A stretch of DNA of 64,000 nucleotides from Nitrosopumilaceae archaeon. GTDB lineage: Archaea; Thermoproteota; Nitrososphaeria; Nitrososphaerales; Nitrosopumilaceae. Positions 1-10,547 of the stretch are shown piece after piece. Position numbers and translations under genes: made by a program. The DNA lies in assembly GCA_965214835.1 (NCBI GenBank), contig CBDCCK010000002.1, positions 2,624,001 to 2,688,000 on the forward strand. The letters run 5' to 3'. The notes below the pieces were generated by a model. That model was not told the origin of the DNA and did no database searches. It worked only from the letters and a program-made list of their open reading frames with translations. Each line of letters starts with the position of its first letter. Within the stretch, counting starts at the first letter, position 1.

Positions 1-1932
1 CGCCTTTACCCCGTGCCTGATCCTTTTACGCAGTATGCCCAACTCTGTTGCAAGCTCCCTTTTGCCCAAATGTCTTGAGATTTCCCCCATGCACATGATC
101 AGCCACTCGGATGTCTCAATCATTCTGTAAAGATCCCCCGACTCTATTGCAAACCTGTCAAATATGTCCAATTCCCGCATCTCTGAGATCCAATTGTAGA
201 GCACGAGCAGGCTGCGTGAGATCCGCTCCGTGTCATTCAGGACGGACTGTCCGAGAATATGGTAGGCATGCGCGTAATCCCCATCCCTCATGTAAAACTT
301 GGGAAAGAACACGTCTGATCTTGTTGCCATGACAAGAAAGTCCGTCGCGTTGGATCCGGGCTCTATTGACAGCAGTCCGTCGCGGAATCCGGCTGCCGTT
401 GCGGGATCGATGTACAGCAGCGAGATCTTTTGACCGAACGCCGTTGCCACAAACCTTCCTCTGTTGGACGTTATCATCCCGTCTTTTTCCAAAAGATTTA
501 GCGAACCGACGACGATGCGCCGGATTCTGGCCTCTCCAAACTCGATGCCGCCAAGCGTCTTGGAAAAGAATCCAACAATGCCACTTTTGGTCATTCCGGC
601 ATCCGATGCTGCTGCAAGGCCCAGAACATGCATGCTCATTGCGGATCCCTTGATCTTTGACTTGATCGGCTCGGGCTTGCCGCGGACATACTTGTTACGC
701 AAGTCATTGTTGTTTTCACGGCTTACCAGTATGGCCTCACCATGATCGTCGTATTGCGGCCTGCCTGCCCGGCCGCACAACTGCTTGTACTCTGCGATAC
801 TGATTGGCTTGTTGTATCCTGCACGGACGTCGTACCGGCTTGTACTGGTTATGATGACGCGCCTGGCGGGAATGTTGATGCCGGCAGCCAGTGTCGGAGT
901 TGACGAGATGAGCTTTATTCTCCTTTTCCTGAACCCGTCCTCCACTGCCTCCCGGCAGTTCTGGTTCAAACCAGCATGATGAAACGCCGCGCCCTTGCCA
1001 ATCAGCCTTGCCAGCGTCTTTACCATGTGGGTTTTGTCATTGTTTTGAAGCATCGAGTCTGATATCTCCCTCAGGTGTCTCCTCTCCTCTGCTGAGATCG
1101 TTTTAGATATGGCATCGGCCACCTTCTCTGCAAATGATGCCGAGCGCGCCCTTGTCATGGCAAAGGACAGGACCTGCCCGCCCTGGGAAACCGTGTCGAT
1201 TCCAAGATCAGCTGCCGTGCCAAGGGTAGATCGTCTTATCTTGAACTTGCTGCCGTCATTCATTGTTACGGTGGTCCTGTAACAGGTACCCTCGATCAGC
1301 GGGACCGGCCTCCAGTCATCAGATACCAGTTTGGCGCCCATCCACTTTGCAATCTTGCCTGCGTTGGAGACAGTGGCGCTCAGGCCCAGCAGCTGCGGCC
1401 TTGTTTCAAGCATCCTCATCATCTTTGTAAGCACGATCTCCAGTGCTGGGCCCCTGGCGGCATCACCGACCAGGTGTATCTCGTCTGCTATGACAAGCCC
1501 TATCTGATCAATCCATTCCGGCCTGTGTCTTGTTATGGAATCGAGTCTTTCGTTGGTCATGACCAGCAGGTTTGCCCTGACCATGGCAGTGTTTGGGGCG
1601 CTATAGTCGCCAGTTGACATGACGGTGTGGATTTTCGTTTTAGAGTCTATTCTGCCCATCTTTTTGAACTCGCGATACTTTTCTGCCGCAAGCGCCCTAA
1701 GCGGACTGAGATAGATCGCCTTGCCGTGCCTATTGCTCATCAGATAGTTCAATATGACAATCTCGGCAATCAGGGTTTTGCCCCCTGCCGTGGGGGCAGA
1801 TACCATGATGTTCTTGCCCTTAAGCAGACCTGCCCTGATGCTCTTTTCCTGCGGAGGGTAAAGAGACTCGTACCCGGAGGAGTTTAGGAACTTTATGGCC
1901 TTTTTTGGCAGTTTTAGATCCGATATTTTCAT
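1..1932 (-). CDS. hel308: Hel308/Ski2-like DEAD/DEAH helicase (runs off window start; absent from ORF track)
   Basis: Reverse strand from ATG 1932 reads MKISDLKLPKKAIKFLNSSGYESLYPPQEKS...VSAPTAGGKT, then DEIH, LSAT, FHHAG, TPTLAAGINIPA and QLCGRAGRPQYD motifs. Confidence 0.9.
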   Translation of the reverse strand, partial: MKISDLKLPKKAIKFLNSSGYESLYPPQEKSIRAGLLKGKNIMVSAPTAGGKTLIAEIVILNYLMSNRHGKAIYLSPLRALAAEKYREFKKMGRIDSKTKIHTVMSTGDYSAPNTAMVRANLLVMTNERLDSITRHRPEWIDQIGLVIADEIHLVGDAARGPALEIVLTKMMRMLETRPQLLGLSATVSNAGKIAKWMGAKLVSDDWRPVPLIEGTCYRTTVTMNDGSKFKIRRSTLGTAADLGIDTVSQGGQVLSFAMTRARSASFAEKVADAISKTISAEERRHLREISDSMLQNNDKTHMVKTLARLIGKGAAFHHAGLNQNCREAVEDGFRKRRIKLISSTPTLAAGINIPARRVIITSTSRYDVRAGYNKPISIAEYKQLCGRAGRPQYDDHGEAILVSRENNNDLRNKYVRGKPEPIKSKIKGSAMSMHVLGLAAASDAGMTKSGIVGFFSKTLGGIEFGEARIRRIVVGSLNLLEKDGMITSNRGRFVATAFGQKISLLYIDPATAAGFRDGLLSIEPGSNATDFLVMATRSDVFFPKFYMRDGDYAHAYHILGQSVLNDTERISRSLLVLYNWISEMRELDIFDRFAIESGDLYRMIETSEWLIMCMGEISRHLGKRELATELGILRKRIRHGVKA

Positions 1933-2320
1933 GATCACAAGAGACGATGTGACTATAATGATGTTTACGCATCCAGCAGAGAGGCGGATGCACCCAATAT
2001 GGTGGGCATGCCTGTGTACCTTGGTGTATCTGGACCTGACGTACCGTGACACGCAGTGTCTTGCGCGCTGCGTATTTGCCAAAAAGGACGTAAAAGCCGC
2101 CTGATTCTAACCGATTACGCACAAGGTCCACTATCCGAATATACATCCTGCTAGCATGCCAGTCTTCCCAGAAATAACCGACTCGTGGTGGCACAGGAGG
2201 CGACATGCGGATCTGCAGGCGTCCTCATCTGAATTGTTTCGAGCCCGGGATAGTTTGATGCGGTAATTCTGGGAAGACTGCATGTGGGTTGGTTTAGCAT
2301 GCATCATGTGCCCATTTGAC

Positions 2321-2431
2321 GTAACAGCTCGAGATCTGGAAGTGGTTTACTATTTTAGGCACGAACTACACCTGCGAAGGTCTCTTTGGCGGTAAAATTC
2401 ATGCCTGAACTTCCAGAGCCCGACCTGTTAC
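2321..2431. mobile_element. MITE family A (~110 bp, GTAACAG...CTGTTAC termini)
   Basis: TIR gtaacagctcgagatctggaagt / acttccagagcccgacctgttac; flanks catttgac/catttgat (7 of 8 match). Confidence 0.85.
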
Positions 2432-2565
2432 CATTTGATCAAAACTTCTAATTTCGAATCAACTCCCAGGGACGAGATAATGGTGTTGGAGATGAACAAA
2501 TGGCTGTCATGAATGCCACGGGTATTTTTAAAAAGACAAATAATGGATAACGTGCCAGATCTAGC

Positions 2566-3069
2566 ATGAATGAAAAATTCCAGGCGTTTTTGGACGGATG
2601 TGACATCGATGTCGTAGATAGGGGGATACTGCCCGATGCCCGGCCGCCAGGCAGCCTTTCACAGCCAGACAACATCCTCTTTCGTACCGGAAAGGAAACA
2701 GAGGTCAGGACGACGGACTGTACGATCACGTTTGGGCCACACACATGCTATGGGTACCACATGATGACGCACAACACGTACTATGTCAGCGTACACGGCA
2801 AGCCGTTTGACTTCCTGGTCGCATACGGGCTGTGTCACGCCCTCAAATGCAAGAAAAACATCACCAATGGCAAGATCATAGCATATACGAACATAGACGA
2901 ACGTGGCGGCGGCAAGTACATCAGCTTTGACGTGGTAAACAGAAGAGGACTAGACAGCTTCATGATATCCCTGCGTATGAACAGTCCGGAGGCAGTCATG
3001 GTAAGCGAGAAAAAATTCACAAAGATTGCCAAGGATTTCATCTATTCTAACATGTCCTCCCCCACATAG
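2566..3069 (+). CDS. Hypothetical protein (167 aa)
   Basis: ATG-started ORF with protein-like composition; no motif recognised. Confidence 0.6.
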   Translation: MNEKFQAFLDGCDIDVVDRGILPDARPPGSLSQPDNILFRTGKETEVRTTDCTITFGPHTCYGYHMMTHNTYYVSVHGKPFDFLVAYGLCHALKCKKNITNGKIIAYTNIDERGGGKYISFDVVNRRGLDSFMISLRMNSPEAVMVSEKKFTKIAKDFIYSNMSSPT

Positions 3070-3088
3070 GCCAGGTTCCGGTTTGCAG

Positions 3089-3199
3089 GGAACAGGCCGG
3101 GCTCGAGGTTCAGGCGTGAGTTTTGTTACTGATGTGTGTCGATCAAAATAGAATCTGTGCCTGAAATCAGAAACGGCTTCCAGAACCCGATCAGCTGCC
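3089..3199. mobile_element. Degenerate MITE family A
   Basis: ttcaggcgtga...gtgcctgaaatcag...cttccagaacccga matches family A; resembles the copy at 16100-16211. Confidence 0.6.
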
Positions 3200-3357
3200 T
3201 GCAAAGCAAACCGTAATTTTGACACATCGTGTCTGTTTCGATGAAAAAATATTCGATCTTCAGCCGTGCTCACTTGCAAATCAATGCCATCTCGAGCTGA
3301 CACGGAGAACAGAGTTTTCATACCTTCATTAGTGGCCGCCGTTCCCCGTAACTGTTC

Positions 3358-6006
3358 ATGAAATTCTGCGCCGTCTGTGACACAAAACTCTCCCAAAACT
3401 TTCACGATGCTGGCGGTCCGGGAATATGCCCCAAATGCAATCCCGAGATGATCATTCCAAAGAGGCCGGCATTGGGAACGAATCGTTCCGGAAAAACAAA
3501 ACCCTGCTCCAAGGGTTGCGGCGCTGAGATCTACTGGGATGGCTCATTCAAGTCTGACAGTGGCAAGTTCATTCCGATTGACTCGAGGACTGATGAGCCG
3601 CATCGGTGCGACGGTCCGATCGAACCAACAGTGCCCCGCCATCCTGCCGGCGAGGCAAAAAAATACCCCGAGAGAAAAGAGTCAAAGCAGGAATCAAAAA
3701 TCCCGCTGCCCGAAGAAATCTTATTTGACATCAGAAAAATCCCAAGATCCCTCATCGAAGATGATCTGATAGTTCATGAAATCATCCAAGGCCACGAAGA
3801 GAAATCCCTGGGGATAGTTCACTATGAAAACCTGACATCCCCCGAGCCTGAAAAAATTCCGGTTGAATCCCTGAACGGTGTCCTGTCTGAAAAAATCCTG
3901 AACGGGGTTAAAAAATACGGTTTTTCGGGGCTTTTGCCTTTCCAAAACGAGTCCGTTTGCTCCATTCTAAATGGAAAAAACACCATCATCTCTGCACCCA
4001 CGGGTTCAGGAAAGACCGAGGCCTTTAGCATACCAATTTTAGAGAGAATGTCACAGGAGTCTGAGCCCGGAGTGCTTGCCCTGCTTGTATACCCCCTAAA
4101 CGCACTCATTGATGACCAGGTTTCAAAAATCTCAAGCCTGATAGACAGGTGTGATCTGAAAGGCAGGATGGGCGTCTATTCCATTCATGGCGGGCAGAGT
4201 TCCCAATACAAGGACATGATAATTTCAGATGCCTCTAAAAAGTCGTTGATCATCGCGACGAATTTTGATTTTATCAACTACCACCTGATTCTGCAGGACA
4301 AAAAATGGAACAATCTGTTCAAAAATGCAAAAATTATCGTGATGGATGAGGCACATTCGTATACCAGTTTTCACGGATCAAACGTATATCACGTTCTAAA
4401 AAGGATGAGGCGCTACATGAAGGATGTTCAGTTTGTTGGCTCTTCTGCAACCCTGGACAATTCCCTGGAATTTTTCTCAGACATGTTTGATTTGCCTCAA
4501 GAGTCCTTTTCGTACATCAAAAGCAAGACCAGGCGGAAAAGAGACATGGAGATGTTCTTCATCATGCCAAGAAAGTTTGGCCAGCGAACCACCATGGAGA
4601 TGCTGGCATCCATCTGCCACAAGAACAGATCGACGCAGCTGATTTTCAGCAACTCCCACAACGATGCGGAGTTTTTAGCGTCAAACGTGGAATCTGCCAA
4701 CGACGGGATGCGCATCCAGATTCACCGCGGGGGCCTTGACCAGCGCAGCCGAAAGATGTACGAGTCCCAGATGAAGGCAGGCGAGCTAGACGCCTTGTCC
4801 TGCACCCCGACTTTGGAGCTGGGAATCGACATAGGTCGTGTGGACGTGGTGATCTCCGCGTTCAAAAACGAGTTTGACTCTTTTGTGCAGAGGATCGGCC
4901 GCGCGGGCAGAATGGGCCAAAAATCCTACGCAATCTGCGTCTTTGACCCCGATGATGCCTCCTGTCACTACTTTGCGCGCCATATTGATGACTATTTGAC
5001 CCAGAGCCACGTAATTCCAATCAACAAGAAGAACGCAATCATTGCAGACAAGCATGCCGAGTCAATCAAGGTGGAAAAGGAGTCGGCAGCAGAATATGAC
5101 AAATCCCGATTCTTTGATTTTGCAGGCAGCGTGAATCTTCGCGGCTCTTCAGGCGAGATTGAAATCTATTTTAACTCTAAAAAAATCGGCACCCGTGATG
5201 TTCCGGTAGGATACTACCAGCTGCATCAGAATGCAATTTATCATTTTGACAAGCGAAACTACGAGGTAACCTCTTTGATAAAATCACAAGGCGGTGCAAG
5301 AGCCTACCTGAAAAAATCCTACGAAGTGCAAAAAAGAACGATACCTGTTGTCAGAGCATCTATACTTCAGATATCCGGAGGAGACTCGGCTCGCAGAGAC
5401 ATCGCCAAGGAATCTGCGACTCTTTCTCTGAGGTACGGGCTTGTAGAGCTAAGCAGAACCATTACCGGCTATATGAAAGGAAACTATAACGATTCCACCG
5501 ACAGCTTCCAAACCTTTGACGGGGATGCGATTCCCTCGTGGAGAAATTTCAATTGGACATCAAGGCATTCCTCAGTAGGCATCGTCATCCCTCCCGGGTT
5601 TGTTTTGACATCTGAATCATCCTCCAAGAGTCAGATTGCGTCAGACTCTGGAATACATACCATAACGCATGTGTTGCTTAACGCCGCAAAAATCATTACA
5701 AAATCCGAATCAAACGACGTTGACTCGTTTTATGAGAATGGCGTAATCTATCTGTATGACAATTCCTCAGACGGGTTTAACGGGTGCAGCAAGATCATCT
5801 TTGAGGAATTTGAAAAGATCCTAGAGACTTGCCGTTCCCTGCTGTCTGACTGCAACTGTCCCGCGGATTCAAAGCAAAGACGGCAGGTAAAGCACGGTGA
5901 GAAGTGGGGAGGGTGTCCCAAATGCACGTTTGTCACGAGTTACTGCCAGACCAAGAACAAAGAGCTGTCAAAGCAGGATGCCTTGGACTTTTTCTCCTTG
6001 TTTTGA
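3358..6006 (+). CDS. DEAD/DEAH helicase with C-terminal DUF1998 Zn domain (MrfA/Hrq1/SftH-like) and N-terminal Cys-rich modules
   Basis: APTGSGKT, YPLNALIDDQ, DEAHSY, SAT, TPTLELGIDIG, QRIGRAGR; C-terminal CNC...GCPKC...C. Confidence 0.9.
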   Translation: MKFCAVCDTKLSQNFHDAGGPGICPKCNPEMIIPKRPALGTNRSGKTKPCSKGCGAEIYWDGSFKSDSGKFIPIDSRTDEPHRCDGPIEPTVPRHPAGEAKKYPERKESKQESKIPLPEEILFDIRKIPRSLIEDDLIVHEIIQGHEEKSLGIVHYENLTSPEPEKIPVESLNGVLSEKILNGVKKYGFSGLLPFQNESVCSILNGKNTIISAPTGSGKTEAFSIPILERMSQESEPGVLALLVYPLNALIDDQVSKISSLIDRCDLKGRMGVYSIHGGQSSQYKDMIISDASKKSLIIATNFDFINYHLILQDKKWNNLFKNAKIIVMDEAHSYTSFHGSNVYHVLKRMRRYMKDVQFVGSSATLDNSLEFFSDMFDLPQESFSYIKSKTRRKRDMEMFFIMPRKFGQRTTMEMLASICHKNRSTQLIFSNSHNDAEFLASNVESANDGMRIQIHRGGLDQRSRKMYESQMKAGELDALSCTPTLELGIDIGRVDVVISAFKNEFDSFVQRIGRAGRMGQKSYAICVFDPDDASCHYFARHIDDYLTQSHVIPINKKNAIIADKHAESIKVEKESAAEYDKSRFFDFAGSVNLRGSSGEIEIYFNSKKIGTRDVPVGYYQLHQNAIYHFDKRNYEVTSLIKSQGGARAYLKKSYEVQKRTIPVVRASILQISGGDSARRDIAKESATLSLRYGLVELSRTITGYMKGNYNDSTDSFQTFDGDAIPSWRNFNWTSRHSSVGIVIPPGFVLTSESSSKSQIASDSGIHTITHVLLNAAKIITKSESNDVDSFYENGVIYLYDNSSDGFNGCSKIIFEEFEKILETCRSLLSDCNCPADSKQRRQVKHGEKWGGCPKCTFVTSYCQTKNKELSKQDALDFFSLF

Positions 6007-6096
6007 CAAGCCATGCAAAACCAGCAGGGAGGTGATCCGAAACCGGAAACCGCACGGGTTTTTCAGGCGATTTTGCAGACAGGTTGTGTTTTGCCG

Positions 6097-6210
6097 GTAG
6101 CAGGTCGGGCTCGAGGCCGTCACTGGTTTTAGGCACAAATTGTAACAGTTCGGGCTCTGGAAGTTCAGGCGTGAATCTTGCCACCTTGGAGGCCCCCTTG
6201 GGCAGCACCC
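6097..6210. mobile_element. Two truncated family A MITE fragments
   Basis: gtagcaggtcgggctc...ttttaggcacaaat directly followed by gtaacagttcgggctctggaagttcaggcgtga at 6142. Confidence 0.6.
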
Positions 6211-6383
6211 CAGGCTAGCAGGAAGATCTGAAAAAATCACAACACATAAAGATCCCAGGATCTGCCTTCCAAGCATTGGTTGGGGATCCTGACATTACGG
6301 ACGTGGACTGGAGAATTCCCGACGTGATCCGCCTGTTTGAGCACATGAAGACAAGGATAGAGAGTGTTGAAAAAGACAACCAG

Positions 6384-6465
6384 TAGACCTTATGCGTAAT
6401 CGGTGTAGATCTTGGATTATTACGAACAAATCCGTCTCATTCAGGTCGATTACGCATAAAGTCTA
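6384..6465. mobile_element. MITE family B (82 bp), ends match the IS5-family element at 13420-15133
   Basis: tagaccttatgcgtaatcg ... cgattacgcataaagtcta. Confidence 0.85.
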
Positions 6466-6509
6466 GTAGCAGCAAGGCGAACACCAGCAGCAGCAGAAAG
6501 TGATCCAGC

Positions 6510-6621
6510 GTAACAGTTCGGGCTCTGGAAGTTCAGTCGTGAATTTTGCCACCTTGGAGGCCCCCCTCCCGGGCAAATTGTGCCTAAAATCAGGAACAGC
6601 TTCCAGAGCCCGAGTTGTTAC
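6510..6621. mobile_element. MITE family A
   Basis: gtaacagttcgggctctggaag ... cttccagagcccgagttgttac. Confidence 0.85.
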
Positions 6622-6659
6622 CCCAATCTTGGAAGTTTCAGGAATTTCAGGAATTTCAG

Positions 6660-6770
6660 GCAACAGTTCGGGCTCTGGAAATTGCTCCTGATTTTAGGCA
6701 CGAATCTACACGGGAGGCCTCCCCAAGATGGCAAAATTCACGCCTGGACTTCCAGAGCTCGACCTGTTAC
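6660..6770. mobile_element. MITE family A with 8-bp TSD
   Basis: aatttcag at 6652-6659 and 6771-6778. Confidence 0.85.
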
Positions 6771-6937
6771 AATTTCAGGAATTTCAGCAGTCTCCCACAC
6801 GGCCCAGCCCTGGCAATTTCAGCAATTTCAGGAATTTCAGCAGTCTCCCACACGGCCCAGCCCTGGCAATTTCAGCAATTTCAGGAATTTCAGCAGTCTC
6901 CCACACGGCCCAGCCCTGGCAATTTCAGCAATTTCAG
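6771..6937. repeat. 53-bp tandem repeat x3 (three aatttcagS 9-mers plus a 26-mer)
   Basis: agtctcccacacggcccagccctggc starts at 6789, 6842 and 6895. Confidence 0.95.
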
Positions 6938-7048
6938 GCGACAGGTCGGGCTCTGGAAGTCCAGGCGTGAATTTTGCCATCTTGGGGAGGCCTCCCGTGT
7001 AGATTCGTGCCTAAAATCAGGAGCAATTTCCAGAGCCCGAACTGTTAC
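6938..7048. mobile_element. MITE family A, near-identical inverted copy of 6660-6770
   Basis: Reverse complement matches 6660-6770 apart from a few bases near the ends. Confidence 0.9.
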
Positions 7049-7140
7049 GAAATCATTTGAAAAATTCATATGGTTTCTAATTTCGGATCACCCCCAAGAG
7101 GACGTGGCCCTGTACAAATCTCTCTTTAGAGGGGAGAAAG

Positions 7141-8066
7141 GTGACACAAAATATACGGTTGGGGCCACAAGAAACAAAACTACTGTTCAGTCTGGAAGCG
7201 AGGAAAATGAGTGTCTTTGCCTTTGATGACGCAAGAAATATTCTTGAAGGAACAGACTCTGCTACTTGGAATGTAATTGAAGGATTGAAAAAGAAGAAGC
7301 GATTACAAGAAATTGAAAAGGGGAAATATCTCCTTGTTCCTGCAAGAGCTGGCCCCGAGGGATATTGGTCTGAGGATCCCTGGTTAATTGTACCTAGATT
7401 AATTGATGAATATTATGTTGGGTTCTGGACTGCAATGAATTTTTGGGACATGACAGAACAGATACCCTACACGGTTTTTGTCGCTACGCCAAAACGAAAG
7501 AAAAACCGCATCGTAAAATTTGGAAATCAAAAGTTCCAGTTTGTCATCATATCAAAAAAGAAATTTTTTGGATACGTCGAATACAAGATAGGAAAAAACA
7601 ATCATTTTAACATTTCTTCAAAAGAAAAAACAATTGTTGATGGGTTAACCCATCCAGAATACTGTGGTGGGATAGTAGAAGTGACAAAAGCGATGTGGAA
7701 CATACGGAAAGAAGTCGATTGGAATGAAACTTATCAATTGACCAAAAAAATTGGAATTAATGTTGTACTACATCGGTTGGGTTATTTGCTCACTGTTCTT
7801 GATATAGAAAAAAATCTGTCTGAGAAAATAAAAAAAGAGTATGTGGTCATGCCCCCCTGCTAGCTAGGCACGAAAATCACAATCATGCATGCTAATTCGT
7901 GCCTGACTGATGGGGGTAGGTGACCTCATACAAAAAAGAGGCAACCAGATATCCCTATAGTTTTCTTGATCCAACAACTGCAAAAACAAGAACTGCGTAT
8001 TCAAAGGAATATGGGCTGATACTTAACAGAACAAAAGATGAACTGCTTGGCTGGATGGAGTATTAG
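7141..8066 (+). pseudogene. abiEi: AbiEi-family type IV TA antitoxin, interrupted by a MITE
   Basis: N-terminal wHTH (LQEIEKGKYL), YYVGFWTAMNFWDMTEQIP, EKTIVD..HPEYCGG; removing 7839-7939 restores a 274-aa ORF ending ELLGWMEY*. Confidence 0.85.
7839..7931. mobile_element. MITE family E (~92 bp, IS66-type ends)
   Basis: gtatgtggtca...gtgacctcatac; perfect 8-bp TSD aaaaaaga. Confidence 0.92.
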
Positions 8067-8068
8067 AA

Positions 8069-8598
8069 TTGGATGCAGACGAAATAAAGTCGTTAGGTGG
8101 CAGGTATGGCGTATTTGCAGAAACCATTCAAAAAGATTATTCTGCAACCATCCTATTGTTTGTGATTTCAGAGTTTTCAAAAATATCTGAAATGGTGTTT
8201 AAGGGAGGCACAGCACTCAAAAAAATATATTTTCCAGATGCGGGATTTTCAGAAGATCTTGATTTTACTTGTAACAATGACATCTCAAATGAATTAGAGT
8301 CGTTTCTAAAAGAGAAAATTAAAAAACTTGACGTAAATTTTACCGGAGTCAAAAAAATGGAAACCGGCAAGCATAGTCGAAAATATTCCATAAGGTATCT
8401 GAACTATAACGGCCATCCCATGTCCGTCAGAATAGACCTTAGTTTGAGAGAAGTGATTAGGAGTGTGAAAACCCTGCCAATTCGGCATTTTTACGGCCTA
8501 GAGAGTGGTAATTTTTCCATTCCCAGTATGAGTATTAAAGAAATCATGGCTGAAAAAATACGGGCATTAGCATATGCCCAAAAACCACGTCATTTGTA
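8069..8598 (+). pseudogene. abiEii: AbiEii/AbiGii nucleotidyltransferase toxin, 5' part (cut by IS630)
   Basis: FKGGTALKKIY..FSEDLDF and AEKIRAL...PRHLY; stops at the TA preceding the IS630 end. Confidence 0.9.
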
Positions 8599-9704
8599 TA
8601 GCAACGAGCATAAGTCTTTGAGCCAAAACAAGGTCATTCGAAAAGTATAATGATCACGTAACTGGCGCAGTATGTATGGCAAAAGAAACAGACATCCTGT
8701 CAGAGGCCATGCGCAAAGAAAAGGATGCCAAAGTCTACAAGAAGATCATGGCGCTGATGTTTGTGCTAGAAGACGACATGGGCGTACCCGAGACTGCAAG
8801 AAAGATCCGGTGCAGTGAGAATTCCGTGCGCAACTGGCTGGCGAGGTTTTCGGAGGGCGGCATGGACTGTCTCCGGGATCTTCCCCGTTCCAGATGCAGG
8901 CCAAAGGTGGACAGGAAAAGTATTGCAGCCATAATGGATCTGTCTACTGCATGCAAAAGTACCGATGTCATGACGGTACGCGATGACATAAGGGATGCCA
9001 CCGGGATAGAATACAGCATAGAACATGTCCGAAGACTGATGCGCCAGCACGGCCTGTCGCGCCGCAAGGTGCAAAACGTACATGTCAACCATGCCACCCC
9101 GAGCTCGGTATACTCGTGGCAGCGATACCTTGAAAACGTGCGTATTCCGTGCCTGAAAAACGACGGTTTTACGCTGGTATCATCTGATGAGGCATTCTTC
9201 GTGCAGGGTGCATACGACAGATACGTGTGGGGTCCGGTCGGCACCAGAAGCGTGGCATCGTACTCTGGAGACCACACAAAGGTGGCCGTGTTTGGAAGCA
9301 TCGCAGAAGACGGCAGAAGGCTGTTCAGGACGTTTACGGGATCCTTTACGTCGGTGCAGTTCATAGAATGTCTGGAGGCGCTGCGCGCCAAGTTTGGTAA
9401 GGTTGCCGTCTTTTGCGACAGGTGGAGTGTGCACAGATCTACTGATGTCGCAGAATATCTGGCAGGTCATCCCGACATCAGGCTGATAATGATCCCGAAG
9501 GGATCGCCGTACCTCAATATCGTGGAAGAATGCTGGAACCTGGGCAAGCCTGTCGTTTTCAGGGGGATAGTGTACAGGAAAATCAGCGAGCTACGGCATG
9601 CCATATCCGAGTACTACAGGACGGTGTCGTTTGCCCACCTTTGCATGTACAAGTACATTTACAGATCGCCGGTCAAAGCCCTCAATTACTTGTGACCGTT
9701 GCTA
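8599..9704 (+). mobile_element. IS630-family element (copy 1)
   Basis: TA-flanked TIR tagcaacg / cgttgcta around a transposase ORF. Confidence 0.92.
8676..9695 (+). CDS. IS630 transposase
   Basis: N-terminal HTH; DEAFF, CDRWSVH and SPYLNIVE DDE motifs. Confidence 0.92.
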   Translation: MAKETDILSEAMRKEKDAKVYKKIMALMFVLEDDMGVPETARKIRCSENSVRNWLARFSEGGMDCLRDLPRSRCRPKVDRKSIAAIMDLSTACKSTDVMTVRDDIRDATGIEYSIEHVRRLMRQHGLSRRKVQNVHVNHATPSSVYSWQRYLENVRIPCLKNDGFTLVSSDEAFFVQGAYDRYVWGPVGTRSVASYSGDHTKVAVFGSIAEDGRRLFRTFTGSFTSVQFIECLEALRAKFGKVAVFCDRWSVHRSTDVAEYLAGHPDIRLIMIPKGSPYLNIVEECWNLGKPVVFRGIVYRKISELRHAISEYYRTVSFAHLCMYKYIYRSPVKALNYL

Positions 9705-9748
9705 TAGATGTAAGCCTAAGCAGTTTACTAAGACTCTAGATTTCCTGA

Positions 9749-10105
9749 TCATATGTGAGGATGATCACGCATGTATATCCTTGCATCCATCATCGAGCGA
9801 TATACCTTATTGTTGTGTTCCAAAAACTCATTTACTATGCGGCCAATCGCACCGGCAACCGTCCTTTTATCCTCTGGCATGTTGAAAATCTCTTCCGGAT
9901 ATATCCTGTCAAAATATGTCTGTTTTCCCTCTTCACGTACAACCATAAAGAAACCGACGGGCCCAGCATCCTCATAAAACATTCTTGTTGTAACTTCGAA
10001 GAAAACCAAATCACGGTAGGCTTGCCAGTTATCTTTAGTTATCTTTGCATCCAGTTCCTTCTGCCTGTCTATTAACGTGAACCCTAAACTGGGAATGTCA
10101 TTCAA
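9749..10105 (-). CDS. Hypothetical protein (118 aa) between the two IS630 copies
   Basis: ORF with protein-like composition. Confidence 0.55.
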   Translation of the reverse strand: MNDIPSLGFTLIDRQKELDAKITKDNWQAYRDLVFFEVTTRMFYEDAGPVGFFMVVREEGKQTYFDRIYPEEIFNMPEDKRTVAGAIGRIVNEFLEHNNKVYRSMMDARIYMRDHPHI

Positions 10106-10237
10106 TGTCCATGTTGAAAGACAGATAAATAAAAAGGTATGTGGTCACACCAGTCTTCCCAGAAGGTACTCATGCACCACCATTATGCAAATCCGTTCAC
10201 AGATAACCAGAATTTGCTAATTTTGAATCAACTCTCA

Positions 10238-10335
10238 TGTCGTCGTTGTGGATCCTTGAGCTGTTCAGCGCTTTGCCGTCTGCATCCATCACTGCCATCT
10301 GGATTAACTCCTTGTGCACATCCGGGCCCTCGTAC
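10238..10335 (-). pseudogene. IS110 transposase N-terminal remnant
   Basis: Reverse strand reads GPDVHKELIQMAVMDADGKAL; ends at a family H end (gagagttgattcaaaattagc). Confidence 0.5.
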
Positions 10336-10547
10336 TACTGACATTGCTGCTTTCGTTGTTACATCTGTTTTTATCCCCCGCCCTTGCGTTCATACATGTT
10401 CCCTTTTTTTGAGACAATCTGTTTCTTTGTACTATCATGTCCTTTGGCACCATCTGAATTTTGTTGCTGAGACACGTACGGTTACAAAAGTGATGGAAAA
10501 ACTATCTGATTTTTTTGATCTGTACCGATTACGCATGAAGTCTACTA

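Noticed and set aside
6771-6937. CRISPR array
   Set aside because: Units are identical tandem copies with no unique spacers, and no cas genes are in the window.
6463-7226. ORFs with FQEFQQ/ISAISG repeats
   Set aside because: Translations of MITEs and the tandem repeat.
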